In this document: piece by piece, positions 1-13,800 of the stretch
Layout of the letters: every line of letters begins with the position of its first letter
Position numbering within the stretch: the stretch's first letter is position 1
Assembly (NCBI RefSeq): GCF_003918875.1
Contig: NW_025766974.1
Coordinates: forward strand, 496,001-560,000
DNA length: 64,000 nt
Reading direction: 5' to 3'
Source of the DNA: Haliotis rubra
Taxonomy: Eukaryota
The notes under the pieces: generated by a model
What the model was told of the DNA's origin: nothing
The model's database searches: none
The model's input: the letters and a program-made list of their open reading frames with translations, nothing else
Position numbers and translations under genes: made by a program

Positions 1-1362
1 TCCTGTTTGTGGAGGTGAGTTAGTTATAGATTGCCTGACAGAGGTTCCTGTTTGTGGAGGTGAATTAGTTATAGATTGCCTGACAGAGGTTCCTGTTTGT
101 GGAGGTGAGTTAGTTATAGATTGCCTGACAGAGGTTCCTGTTTGTGGAGGTGAATTAGTTATAGATTGCCTGACAGAGGTTCCTGTTTGTGGAGGTGAAT
201 TAGTTATAGATTGCCTGACAGAGGTTCCTGTTTGTGGAGGTGAGTTAGTTATAGATTGCCTGACAGAGGTTCCTGTTGTGGAGGTGGAGATTGTGACAGA
301 GGTTAGTTATAGATTGCCCTGACAGAGGTTCCTGTTTGTGGAGGTGAGTTAGTTATAGATTGCCTGACAGAGGTTCCTGTTTGTGGAGGTGAATTAGTTA
401 TAGATTGCCTGACAGAGGTTCCTGTTTGTGGAGGTGAGTTAGTTATAGATTGCCTGACAGAGGTTCCTGTTTGTGGAGGTAGAATTAGTTATAGATTGCC
501 TGACAGAGGTTTTGTGGAGGTAGAATTAGTTATAGATTGCCTGTTTGTGGAGGTGAGTTAGTTATAGATTGCCTGACAGAGGTTCCTGTTTGTGGAGGTG
601 AGTTAGTTATAGATTGCCTGACAGAGGTTCCTGTTTGTGGAGGTGAGGTTATAGATTGCCTGACAGAGGTTCCTGTTTGTGGAGGTGAGTTAGTTATAGA
701 TTGCCTGACAGAGGTTCCTGTTTGTGGAGGTGAATTAGTTATAGATTGCCTGACAGAGGTTCCTGTTTGTGGAGGTGAGTTAGTTATAGATTGCCTGACA
801 GAGGTTCCTGTTTGTGGAGGTGAGTTAGTTATAGATTGCCTGACAGAGGTTCCTGTTTGTGGAGGTGAGTTAGTTATAGATTGCCTGACAGAGGTTCCTG
901 TTTGTGGAGGTTAGTTAGTTATAGATTGCCTGACAGAGGTTCCTGTTTGTGCCTGACAGAGGTGAGGTTAGTTAGTTATAGATTGCCTGACAGAGGTTCC
1001 TGTTTGTGGAGGTTAGTTAGTTATAGATTGCCTGACAGAGGTGGAGGTTCCTGACAGAGGTTCCTGTTTGTGGAGGTTAGTTAGTTATAGATTGCCTGAC
1101 AGAGGTTCCTGTTTGTGGAGGTGAGTTAGTTATAGATTGCCTGACAGAGGTTCCTGTTTGTGGAGGTTAGTTAGTTACAGATTGCCTGACAGAGGTTCCT
1201 GTTTGTGGAGGTGAGTTAGCTATAGATTGCCTGACAGAGGTTCCTGTTTGTGGAGGTTAGTTAGTTATAGATTGCCAGACAGAGGTTCCTGTTTGTGGAG
1301 GTGAGTTAGCTATAGATTGCCTGACAGAGGTTCCTGTTTGTGGAGGTGAGTTAGTTATAGAT
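1..1362 (+). repeat. 45-bp minisatellite carrying an exon end plus donor (CCTGTTTGTGGAG|GTGAGT), about 30 copies
   Basis: Unit gaggttcctgtttgtggaggtgagttagttatagattgcctgaca. PVCG + G|gtgagt mirrors the sushi exon end at 32754, and phase 1 matches the exon at 1597. Confidence 0.9.
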
Positions 1363-1596
1363 TGTTTGTTTTAGTTTGACCGGTCCAGGGAATTGACCAC
1401 TGACCTTCCAAATCTCCTACTTGATCTTTTACAAAATACAGGCAGTTAGTAGAATAGAGTAGGGGCATCTAATCAGTCCTATAAAACGTATCCATTCTGT
1501 GTACTAGGCACTGTGTGATTGCTATCTTCATCAAAAGTTGGGGTTTGTCTTATTAAATGATAGTTTTTGAAAGCAGTATTTTTACCTCTGTTTCAG

Positions 1597-1820
1597 CTCC
1601 GGGCCTAATAGACTGGGAGCTGAGACTGAAGATCGTGTTCCAGGAAAGTCCCCCGGCGCCCATGTCTCTAGATTGTCAGACAACTTATGTTAAAGATTCC
1701 ACCATTAAACTGCAGGAACTATTTCTTGTGTTATCAGATCTATGTAATAAATCTGGCTTGAGTCCTGACTATATCAATCATACATACACTGGACATAACT
1801 ATATGGCTGACACTCAACAG
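1597..1820 (+). CDS. Exon: post-sushi linker (APGLIDWEL...ADTQQ)
   Basis: tttcag| acceptor, |gtaagg donor, phase 1-0. Confidence 0.8.
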
Positions 1821-4800
1821 GTAAGGTTCAGTTTCCTAATTAAATACTGATAATCAGTGTCTCATACCTTTAACTTGTGATGATTCCAGTCTTATGTTAT
1901 ATCACCACAATGATAAACAAATGACTTCAATATATTTTGCATGCACAGAGGTAGACACATAATACCTGTTGTACATTCTGTGTAAATATGACTTATGTAA
2001 TTTTGTTTAACACCAAAATGCTTCATTTGGCATTCAAATGCAATGGTGTCCTAGCCTAGAATAGAATCAGTGCATATCTGTTGGTAAAGGTGAGAGTTAA
2101 CCTTGAAGCTGTTAACATCCTGGGTTGCTCTGCCACTGTAGCTAAATACATTTACTACACGTCTCGATAGTGTGTGTTGGATTTCATGACAGGTATTTCC
2201 TTGGTAGGAAGTGTATTCTTGCATCATATTCTTGCAGCTGACATATGATATTGCACTGGAACTTCTCCCAAATCGTCCCCTCAAGTCTGACTACAACACC
2301 TGTGTTGAAGTTATCATTGACCAGTTTCCTCTCCTGGCAGCAGAGTTGTTTAAAGCGCCAGCAAATACATCATCTCCTTGTCCTGTGATAAGACCAAGCG
2401 CAGAACCCAGCGTCAGCCTCGTAACTTGTGATGGGCGGGGTGAGCTGCGGGAGATCAGTGGGGAAACGATCTGCAGTAAGTATTAATCTATGTTGGTTAT
2501 GTAATGCCACACTCAGCAATATTGCAGTTATATAATTTAAATATACAAATTTATTACCTATGAGGGCGAAAATATTGGGGTTCATATTTTTCATATGATG
2601 CTCTAGGGCAAAATATCACTTTGTCATGGTGATTAGACGTCATGAACAATTCTATGACGTGACTTGCGTTCTACATACGGAGACAGCGGGTAGCTGAAAG
2701 TAGATTGGGATCTATTTTCCTCAATTTGACGACTTCGGTAATAAACAGAATATTATATAGTGCCCATATCATACTATGTTTACGACACTTGTGCCTAAAT
2801 ATCGGTATATCCCTCACTCTCGCTCGTGAAATACCAACATTTAGGCACTTGTGTTGTAAACATAGTATGACATGGGCAGTCATATAATATCCTCTATATA
2901 TTATAATGCCACGCCCAGCAATATTGCAGCTGTGTAAATAATCACTAAACAAGATAATCCAGTGATTGATATTGTGATCAACAATCCTTTGTGTATGATA
3001 GGGTCAGACAAATTTTGTATGTCCATGAAATTCAAGAAAGATTGCAGATCAAGGCTCCATTTGACAAAAGTTACTTAACAATGATATATTGTAGCTCTAA
3101 AATCAGTACCTGTAAAGATCTGGGTTAGAATTAGTTGTCAGCAGCCAATGCGTGTTGCTTGACGCAACCAACCAGATCGGGTGATAAGGCTCACTGACTT
3201 GGTTGATACATGTCATGGTATCCTTACTGCGTAGATCGATGCTCGCGATATCAATCACTGGATTGTCTGATCCAGACTCAATTATTTACATTTGGAAATA
3301 TTGCTGAGTATGACGTAAACAGAAAACAAACAAAGATCAATTTGTGGAAATGGGCCTGAGAGAATATATAATAACACATGGATCTGTAATGTTTGTATAC
3401 ATTGTCAAAATTGATCTTTTCAGGAATATTTGTTGTAGGTGAATGAAACAATATACTTTATGTGCTATTTTCATAGAGACCTTAGTTCAGTGACCAAAAC
3501 ACAGTCTATGTTAACCAGTAGCCGGTAACATTTCTGTCAGGATAGGAGAAATTACTCCTGCCTGCCCGAGAGTCTTGTATTAATTTAAGTTGCTGTGCCA
3601 AAATTTACAATTTTGAAACAGATGTTGATATCTGACTCACATACAGGAGAGCTAGAGGTACGTTTGTGATGACAATGATGAAACTTTTAAAGGCATTGAG
3701 TTAAAGTTATCTACTCTACATTAATATGTAGTTACAAATGTGGCCACTTGCAAGACTGGTTCCATATATGAAACACCAGCCAACCTTGAGTGGAGTTGAA
3801 CATATTTCAGGAAGTGCCTCAGAATTAGGTCAAGGTCACTGAATCCTTATTTGTAATTTTAGCTTTAACTGAAGAATGACTTCTGGTGACATGGGGTCAG
3901 CTTGACCTACTTTTAATGAATAACATATCATACTTTGATTGAGACTTTAAACACACCTGATGCATTTGAAGTTTGGTATGATCTCAGTCCAGGAGAAAGT
4001 TTGGACATAATGGTGTGTATCCATGAAACACTCTTATAAATGTGTTACTGATGCTGCAGACGTGTGTCCCCCCGGAACCTCCTACAACTCCACTGGTCAT
4101 TGCCAGCTGTGTCAACCTGGGTCCTATCAGAATGTGTCTGGACAAAGCATGTGTACACCTTGCCCACTAGAAACCTGGACTGATGGTACTGGCAAAACAT
4201 CAGAACTGGACTGTATCAGTAAGTTTGTACAACTTGTATGTTTTATTGGTGGTGACAATAAAATTTCCATTAAAGCACAGACCTTCTGGTATGAGATCAG
4301 ATGTTTTGTCAGTATGACCGAACAGGTGAATCCCGTCAGCAGACTCACAAGGCAAGGCTGCCATCTGTTGAATGGTTCCCTGCCCTGATACACTTACTGT
4401 AGATAGTACTCGACTTGCTTGCCATGTACCAATAAGATTATACTGGACATTCACAATTCCATGCTTCCTCCAAAACAGCTGAGTGAGTTACTTGAAAACT
4501 AACCCACTCGGACACCAATTACTTACACTGTGTGGTTAGGTTCAAGTTCCAAATGGGGCTCCTTCAAAAATGTACTAGAATTTGTGCTTTACTGAAGTGT
4601 GATCCCAAATATAACATATCTTACATACAGTCATTTTCTGAAGGGCATTTTGAGATAAACAACTAGCAGGATTTGTATCTATTATAAGCGTGTTAAGACA
4701 AATCACTTTCACATTTTGTAGATTACAGCTACACAATGTGAAGGTAATTTATCATTACAAGCTTATTACAGCTACAGAATGAGAAAGTAATTTATCTTAA

Positions 4801-7800
4801 CAAGTTTATTACAGCTACAAAATGTGAAAGTAATTATCTTAACAATTTTATTACAGCTACAAAATGTGAAACTAATTTATCTTAACAAGCTTATTACAGC
4901 TTCAAAATGTGAAACTAATTTATCTTAACAAGCTTATTACAGCAACACAGTGTGAAAGTAATTTATCTTAACAAGCTTATTACAGCTACAAAATGTGAAA
5001 GTAATTTATCTTAACAAGCTTATTACAGCTACAAAATGTGAAACTAATTTATCTTATCAAGCTTATTACAGCTACAAAATGTGAAAGTAATTTATCTTAA
5101 CAAGCTTATTACAGCTACAAAATGTGAAAGCAATTTATCTTAACAAGCTTATTACAGGTACGAAATGTGAAAGTAATTTATCTGAACAAGCTTATTACAG
5201 CTACAAAATGTGAAAGTAATTTATCTTAACAAGCTTATTACAGCTACAAAATGTGAAAGTAATTTATCTTAACAAGCTTATTACAGCTACAAAATGTGAA
5301 AGTAATTTATCTTAACAAGCTTATTACAGCTACAAAATGTGAAAGTAATTATCTTAACAAGCTTATTACAGCTTCAAAATGTGAAACTAATTTATCTTAA
5401 CAAGCTTATTACAGCAACACAGTGTGAAAGTAATTTATCTTAACAAGCTTATTACAGCTACAAAATGTGAAAGTAATTTATCTTAACAAGCTTATTACAG
5501 CTACAAAATGTGAAACTAATTTATCTTATCAAGCTTATTACAGCTACAAAATGTGAAAGTAATTTATCTTAACAAGCTTATTACAGCTACAAAATGTGAA
5601 AGCAATTTATCTTAACAAGCTTATTACAGGTACGAAATGTGAAAGTAATTTATCTGAACAAGCTTATTACAGCTACAAAATGTGAAAGTAATTTATCTTA
5701 AGCTTATTACAGCTACAAAATGTGAAAGTAATTTATCTTAACAAGCTTATTACAGCTACAAAATGTGAAAGTAATTTATCTTAACAAGCTTATTACAGCT
5801 ACAAAATGTGAAAGTAATTATCTTAACAAGCTTAAACCTGTTGATTTATTGTGCTACCAAATTTTGTAACAACAAGAATCGTTTTGATATAATCATAAAC
5901 ACTTATAATGTTATAGCATGCATTACAATTTAATTAGCATGAATTCTTCTTGTTTCTGATTTCAGGATAGATGTTTAACATACCATTGTTTCAACTGAAT
6001 CCTATACATTACAGGTGTATGTCCTGGGGAAATTGTATCGGACACTGGACTCCCCCCTGGCTGAGAGTGTCTACCCAACATATCCATTGTTTCAACTGAA
6101 TCCTATACATTACAGGTGTATGTCCTGGGGAAATTGTATCGGACACTGGACTCCCCCCTGGCTGAGAGTGTCCCCCCAACATATCCATTGTTTCAACTGA
6201 ATCCTATACATTACAGGTGTATGTCCTGGGGAACTTGCATCGGACACTGGACTCTCCCCTGGCTGAGAGTGTCTACCCAACATATCCATTGTTTCAACTG
6301 AATCCTATACATTACAGGTGTATGTCCTGGGGAACTTGTATCGGACACTGGACTTCCCCCTTGCTGAGAGTGTCCCCCCAACAGATCCATTGTTTCAACT
6401 GAATCCTATACATTACAGGTGTATGTCCTGGGGAACTTGTATCGGACACTGGACTTCCCCCTTGCTGAGAGTGTCCCCCCAACAGATCCATTGTTTCAAC
6501 TGAATCCTATACATTACAGGTGTATGTCCTGGGGAACTTGTATCGAACACTGGACTTCCTCCTTGCCGAGAGTGTCCCCCCAACACCTACAAGAACAGCA
6601 GCACCCACTGTACATCATGTGCTGAGGACACAATCTTTGTTGGGCTGGATAATCCATTGCTGGCTGACTGTAAAGGTGAGTCAGACACTATCTCACCGAA
6701 ATCAGATCTGTTACTCAATGCAATACAGCTTTCCAAGGAAATCTTACAAAACTTTGACAGGAAGTTGCATCAGGTGAAATTTCTAATGTGTAATTGGATG
6801 CTTCACTACATATAGTGTCGCCTTCACAGCAGTAGACTGGCTTCCTGTATCTTGGAAACTAATCATAATCAGGCAGTTCTGAATGGAACAAAGTAAAATC
6901 TGCTTCAGGGATAAAGAAGAAAGGTGAATTCTCACTTTGTGGCTGTGTTTGTGGCTGTGTTTATGACGGTGTTTGTGGCTGTGTTTATGACTGTTTAGCG
7001 GTCTGATGTAGACATTTGCACCATCAGCAACATAATGAATAATTGTATCAAACGAAATTTGAAATAATATGTCTAACAGCAAACATCTACATTCTTATGA
7101 CAAATCTATGCCCGACATTATTTCTTTTACCAATACAGCAAGCATTTATGCATGTGATACTGTTGAAATCAGATGATCATTTTTTTGTGTTCAGTTGAGT
7201 CATTTCTACATGTTTTACTGTCACAAATGTCTGTCCTTTTTGTGCATTATTCTTATGCTCATGGTGTTTAATGTTAGTGTTAGTGAATGTTTGTAACTTG
7301 AGTTTGAGTTTGTCATTTACAATGTATCATTTGGTTGTTGTTATGTGTTATTTAACTTATGTCATGTAAAATCAGGTCATTTGTGCTTGTGAGTTGTGTC
7401 TGTCCATCAGACTCTATGTGGTCATTCCTTCACCTTGACCTAAAGCAGTTCAGTGCCAGGTGCTTGTGTGTCATAATGTTATCTTATTCCTCAGTGTTGG
7501 ATCTGTTTCTCTGTCTGCATGACAATCTAGCTTCAGGATTTGTACACGTCCTTGTGTATGCCTTTGGGCTCTCTCCCACTCCCTTGAGATGTTAGAATAC
7601 TGTGGTGTTGGGTCTGGTTGTCTGTCTGCTTCTCTATGTGATGGTGTACTGGTAGATGTACTCTCCCGCTACCATGGGACCAGGCAGTGTGTGATGTTAT
7701 AATACTGTGGTGTTGGGTCTGGTTGTCTGTCTGCTTCTCTATGTGATGGTGTACTGGTAGATGTACTCTCCCGCTACCATGGGACCAGGCAGTGTGTGAT

Positions 7801-10800
7801 GTTATAATACTGTGGTGTTGGGTCTGGTTGTCTGTCTGCTTCTCCATGTGATGGTGTACTGGTAGATGTACTCTCCCGCTACCGTGGGACCAGGCAGTGT
7901 GTGATGTTATAATACTGTGGTGTTGGGTCTGGTTGTCTGTCTGCTTCTCCATGTGATGGTGTACTGGTAGATGTACTCTCCCGCTACCGTGGGACCAGGC
8001 AGTGTGTGATGTTATAATACTGTGGTGTTGGGTCTGGTTGTCTGTCTGCTTCTCCATGTGATGGTGTACTGGTAGATGTACTCTCCGCTACCGTGGGACC
8101 AGGCAGTGTGTGATGTTATAATACTGTGGTGTTGGGTCTGGTTGTCTGTCTGCTTCTCTATGTGATGGTGTACTGGTAGATGTACTCTCCCGCTACCATG
8201 GGACCTGGCAGTGTGTGATGTTATAATACTGTGGTGTTGGGTCTGGTTGTCTGTCTGCTTCTCTATGTGATGGTGTACTGGTAGATGTACTCTCCCGCTA
8301 CCATGGGACCAGGCAGTGTGTGATGTTATAATACTGTGGTGTTGGGTCTGGTTGTCTGTCTGCTTCTCTATGTGATGGTGTACTGGTAGATGTACTCTCC
8401 CGCTACCATGGGACCAGGCAGTGTGTGATGTTATGAACCTGGTGTTGGGTTCCACATTAACCTGGCGACTGGTACATCTCCTTGTGTAATCTCTCCCACA
8501 CCCATGGGATGAGGCAATGGTTTGATGATGAAGGACTTCCATCTCTGCTACAGAGTCAGCTTGTACTTTTGTTCGTCGGATAAACCAACAAATGATTGGC
8601 GGCAAAGACATCATGACTGCCGCTGTCGGAACAACAGAGTGTGAAAATTCTTGCAACGTGTTCCGGAGACGCTTTGAGCAGCGTCAATGTGTTGGCTTTA
8701 ACTTCTTCAAGAGTCTTGGCATGTGCTTTCTATATGACACTATTTACTTCTATCAGGGGACCAGAATGTATGATTTCTATGAAAGAGTCTGTCCTCAAGT
8801 GACTAAATCGGGTAGGTAATCATGGCGTCACTTGTCATTGTATGCCTGTACTCACCATAGAATAAATCTCATTGGTCATTTGCCTGTTATTGATAGAATA
8901 TTTTCATGAATTGAAATTGTTGAAATGTTAAATAGATTTCCACTTTGCATTCAGTGCTGAAAGATTCCCTTTTCTGCTGTAATTGACATATATCCATGTT
9001 AAACTTAAATTTACTTTCAAGAGGAGTTTGAATGCATTGTACTGTTTTCAACTCTTTGAGTTTTGTGTTGTTCCCTCCATCCCTCCTTCAGTCACCCACA
9101 AACCCACTCACTTGATGACTCTTGCCTAGTTCCCTCCATCCCTCCTTCAGTCACCCACAAACCCACTCACTTGATGACTCTTGCCTAGTTCCCTCCATCC
9201 CTCCTTCAATCACCCACAAACCCACTCACTTGATGACTCTTGCCTAGTTCCCTCCATCCCTCCTTCAATCACCCACAAACCCACTCACTTGATGACTCTT
9301 GCCTAGTTCCCTCCATCCCTCCTTCAATCACCCACAAACCCACTCACTTGATGACTCTTGCCTAGTTCCCTCCATCCCTCCTTCAATCACCCACAAACCC
9401 ACTCACTTGATGACTCTTGCCTAGTTCCCTCCATCCCTCCTTCAATCACCCACAAACCCACTCACTTGATGACTCTTGCCTAGTTCCCTCCATCCCTCCT
9501 TCAATCACCCACAAACCCACTCACTTGATGACTCTTGCCTTGTTCCCTCCATCCCTCCTTCAATCACCCACAAACCCACTCACTTGATGACTCTTGCCTT
9601 GTTCCCTCCATCCCTCCTTCAATCACCCACAAACCCACTCACTTGATGACTCTTGCCTTGTTCCCTCCATCCCTCCTTCAATCACCCACAAACCCACTCA
9701 CTTGATGACTCTTGCCTAGTTACCTCCATTCCTCCTTCAATCACCCACAAACCCACTCACTTGATGACTCTTGCCTAGTTCCCTCCATCCCTCCTTCAAT
9801 CACCCACAAACCCACTCTCACTCGATGACTCTTGCCTAGTTCCCTCCATCCCTCCTTCAATCACCCACAAACCCACTCACTTGATGACTCTTGCCTAGTT
9901 CCCTCCATCCCTCCTTCAATCACCCACAAACCCACTCACTTGATGACTCTTGCCTTGTTCCCTCCATCCCTCCTTCAATCACCCACAAACCCACTCACTT
10001 GATGACCCTTGCCTTGTTCCCTCCATCCCTCCTTCAATCACCCACAAACCCACTCACTTGATGACTCTTGCCTAGTTTCCTCAATTCCTCCCTCTGGGTT
10101 GACACATGTCATCTTGCATAGATCAATGCTCATGCTGTTGATCACTGGATTGTCTGGTCCAGACTTGATTATTTACAGACAGCCGCAATATAGCGTATTG
10201 AGTGCAGTGTTAAACAACATACCCACAAAAGCATTTCCCTTTCTCTCCCTCCCTCAACCTCATGCCTTGATCCCCCCGCTTCTTCCGCCCAGTATCTCAC
10301 GCACACTCTGTCATGCTCATATATGACTAAATCAATTATATCCTCATTGTATCAGCATATATGATGCAGCATAAAGCCTCACTCACTCATTTCTTCTCTC
10401 CCTCAACCATTCACACTCATTCTCTCACAAACTCATTCGCTCATTCACTCACTCACTCACTCACTCACTCACATATATGTTACATCTTCCAGAGTGCTAC
10501 TGTGCAGAGAAGTGTGACCAGGGGACATTTTCCTACAGTGGTCATAAACCCAACTGCCGACCATGTCCAGTTGGCTACTTCACCAACACCACTGGCGCCA
10601 CTGTGTGCCAGGAATGTCCTGCAGACGAGACAACGGTAGCCAATGGGTCTACATCATGTGTTCCAAGTGAGTTGCCATGAGAGGTAACAACAGATCTGAT
10701 TAGAGTTTTCTTATTGTCCTCCATCATGTTGTTGAGACGAAACTACCGTGTGATGTCTGTATGTTTCAGTGGCCGATGTGTTGTGTCCGACTACCATGTG

Positions 10801-13800
10801 ATATCTGTATGTTTCAGTGGCCGATGTGTTGTGTAACCCAGGACCATGTACTAATTCAGGATCATGTGTTATTGTTGGACACTCAGAAGAATGCAACTGT
10901 TCTGCAGGTAGGACTGATTGTTTGTTTAATACTGCACTCAGCAAAAGCACAACTACATGGCAATGGTCTATAAATAATAGAGTCTTAACCAGACAATCCA
11001 GTGACTGACAGCTACACAGCTAGGATACGATGACATGCATCGTCCAAGTCAGTGAGTCTAACTGACTGAATCAAAGTGGCCTTGTTTGACCAACATGGGT
11101 GGCTGATGACTAGTCTCACACATCCCCCGCCCACCCATATCATTTACGACCAGTTCCTAACCTATATATTTCAAGCTAGTGTCATCATATTTCATCACTG
11201 TCCATATTAAAGTTAGATGGTCCTGACCTACCATGTGTTCATGGAGACATGCTATAATTACAGAAAGTGAGCAGTAGAAAAGTCATGCTTGTTTCTTCAT
11301 AACGATACCTTCAATATGTTTATCTCAGAATTCACTGGCCGATATTGTGAGTCCCCACTGGACACATGTGCTTCCGGCCCCTGCTACAATGGCGGCAGCT
11401 GCCAGACTGTCGGTACCAGTTTCAACTGCTCCTGTGCCGTGGGTAAGACATCATCTTCGTGTGGCACTGTTGGATGTGTAGCATATGACAAGTGTACAGT
11501 GTTTAGCATGTCAAGGGGTGAATGTCATAACTCTACTGTCCAATGTTAGAGAGTGGCAGGGTCCCTAGATTCAATTCATATAATTCAATTTGTTATGGAA
11601 AAGTAGATCATCCATACAATGACATTAAGTGGGTAAAAACAGTTATCGTGATGTGGTAATATTTGTAAGTTCAATAGAAAATGGACTTTAAAAAACTTTT
11701 TGTAAAATGATACATGTATGCACCAAACTGTATAGTATTGAAACACTCAGTAGTTCCCAGTGTGAGACTTGTTGTACAACCTATTTTGTCCAGGGTTGAA
11801 GGATCCCAGTGTGAGACTTGTATAACTTATGTTTGCAGGTTTTGAAGGATCCCAGTGTGAGACTTGTATAACTTATGTTTGCAGGTTTTGAAGGATCCCA
11901 GTGTGAGACTTGTATAACTTATGTTTGCAGGTTTTGAAGGATCCCAGTTTGAGACTTGTATAACTTATGTTTGCAGGTTTTGAAGGATCCCAGTTTGAGA
12001 CTTGTATAACTTATGTTTGCAGGTTTTGAAGGATCCCAGTTTGAGACTTGTATAACTTATGTTTGCAGGTTTTGAAGGATCCCAGTGTGAGACTTGTATA
12101 ACTTATGTTTGCAGGTTTTGAAGGATCCCAGTGTGAGACTAATGTAGATGACTGTTTGCCTCAAACATGTGGTGAAGCTGGAGTTTGTATTGATGGTGTC
12201 AACTCCACGATGTGTCAGTGCTTGGAGGGATACAGCGGAACAAAGTCAGTATAAGTTGGTGACTGTATTAGGCCACAGTATAATATCCAAGCTATAAGTC
12301 ATTTCATGCCTTCACCAGGGAAACAAAACACTGACAATAACTGATACAGCCTGTTTTAAGTCTCAGCACCAGTAAACACTTTTCTCATATCCTTATAGGT
12401 TGTAGTGAGTCGAACCGTGAAGATCTGGGTTAAAATTGGTCTTCAGCAACCCATTCTTGTCGTAAGAGGCGACTAATGGAATAGGGTGGTCAGACTCGCT
12501 AACTTGGTTGATACATGTCATCATATCTCATTTGCGTAGATCGATGCTCATGATCTCAATCACTGGATTGTCTGGTGCAGACTCGAATATTTTCAGACCA
12601 CTATAATATATAGCAGTAGGATTGCTGAGTTCAGCATTGACCAACAAACAAACAAACAAAATTGTAGCTTGCCCAGCTTGAAATGAGACAAAAATATTCT
12701 GTTTATGTGTATATTTTTTATGAACAAACCGATTCATGTTAGTCATTTGTTAGATGAGTTGGCTGTACTGGCTCAGCAACTCAGTCTATTGTACAGAAAT
12801 CACATATTCAATAACTTACATTATCTTTACATTGTTTTCAATAACATTAACTAAGAATGCTGATGGGCATGAAGCAATATTAACTCTCTTATTCTTATTT
12901 CAAATAAGATTACCCCCCATTCCACTTTCGTTCATTGTCACAGAGACCATATATGGTCTCTGATTATCAGCTCTAGCGGCCTGCTGTATTTTACCACTTT
13001 CTTAAGGGCATTGTATATTCATTGTCTTCAGCTGCCTGACTGTGGATGTGAAGGCGTGTGAGAGGAACCCCTGTCAGAACGGGGGCACCTGTCAGCCACT
13101 CAACGACTACTGGAGAACATGCATGTGCCTACCCACCTTCACAGGGGACAGTTGTGGGATGCCCATTGGTGAGAATATATCATAGTGAAGAGCCTGTAAT
13201 CTAACATAGAAGGTCCACTTTAAAAGAAGCAATTTACAAATCTGCAGTGAGGAGCAAAATGAAGAGTGGAGAAAAAATCATATGAAAAACTCAGTGATTA
13301 TTTTGCACCAAATAAAAATAAAAGAAAGATGTTTGTACTTCCAATATGTTCAGCTTAAAGCCTGGCAGGAACAGCTGATGTGTCATTGCACATGCTAACC
13401 AGTCAAAAACCTTTTTGAACAAAAATTGAATTTTCTTTCAACAATTCAGAAACATATTTTCCTTAATTGTATTCCATACTTCAGATGAGGATTTTTAATT
13501 CACAAACTATTCCAAGAAATACAGCAAATATCAGTTAACTGTACCTTGATTTATTCTTTCAGTGGCATGTTAGAAGTTGGGAAGTACAATATTGAACACA
13601 TTTTATGGATAACAACTTATTTTATTTCGTGAGTGCGATGTTTCGATACAGAATCTTGTACCATTGTCAAGCAGGAATGGTACAAGAATCTGTATCGAAA
13701 CGTTGCACTCATGAAATAAAAGAAGTTGTTATCCATAAAGTTTGTTCAATATTGTAACTTGATTTGTCCAACTGACTAAACTGTAAATCTTTTATGCAGT

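Noticed and set aside
537-914. 125-aa periodic ORF (VPVCGGELVIDCLTE)n, and similar periodic ORFs at 7533-8656, 25520-27626, 34943-35770, 46168-47043
   Set aside because: Open only because the repeat units lack stops in that frame; intronic minisatellites.
6938-6995. His/Lys-rich (HKHS)n ORF on the - strand
   Set aside because: 12-bp simple repeat in an intron; no splice or domain support.
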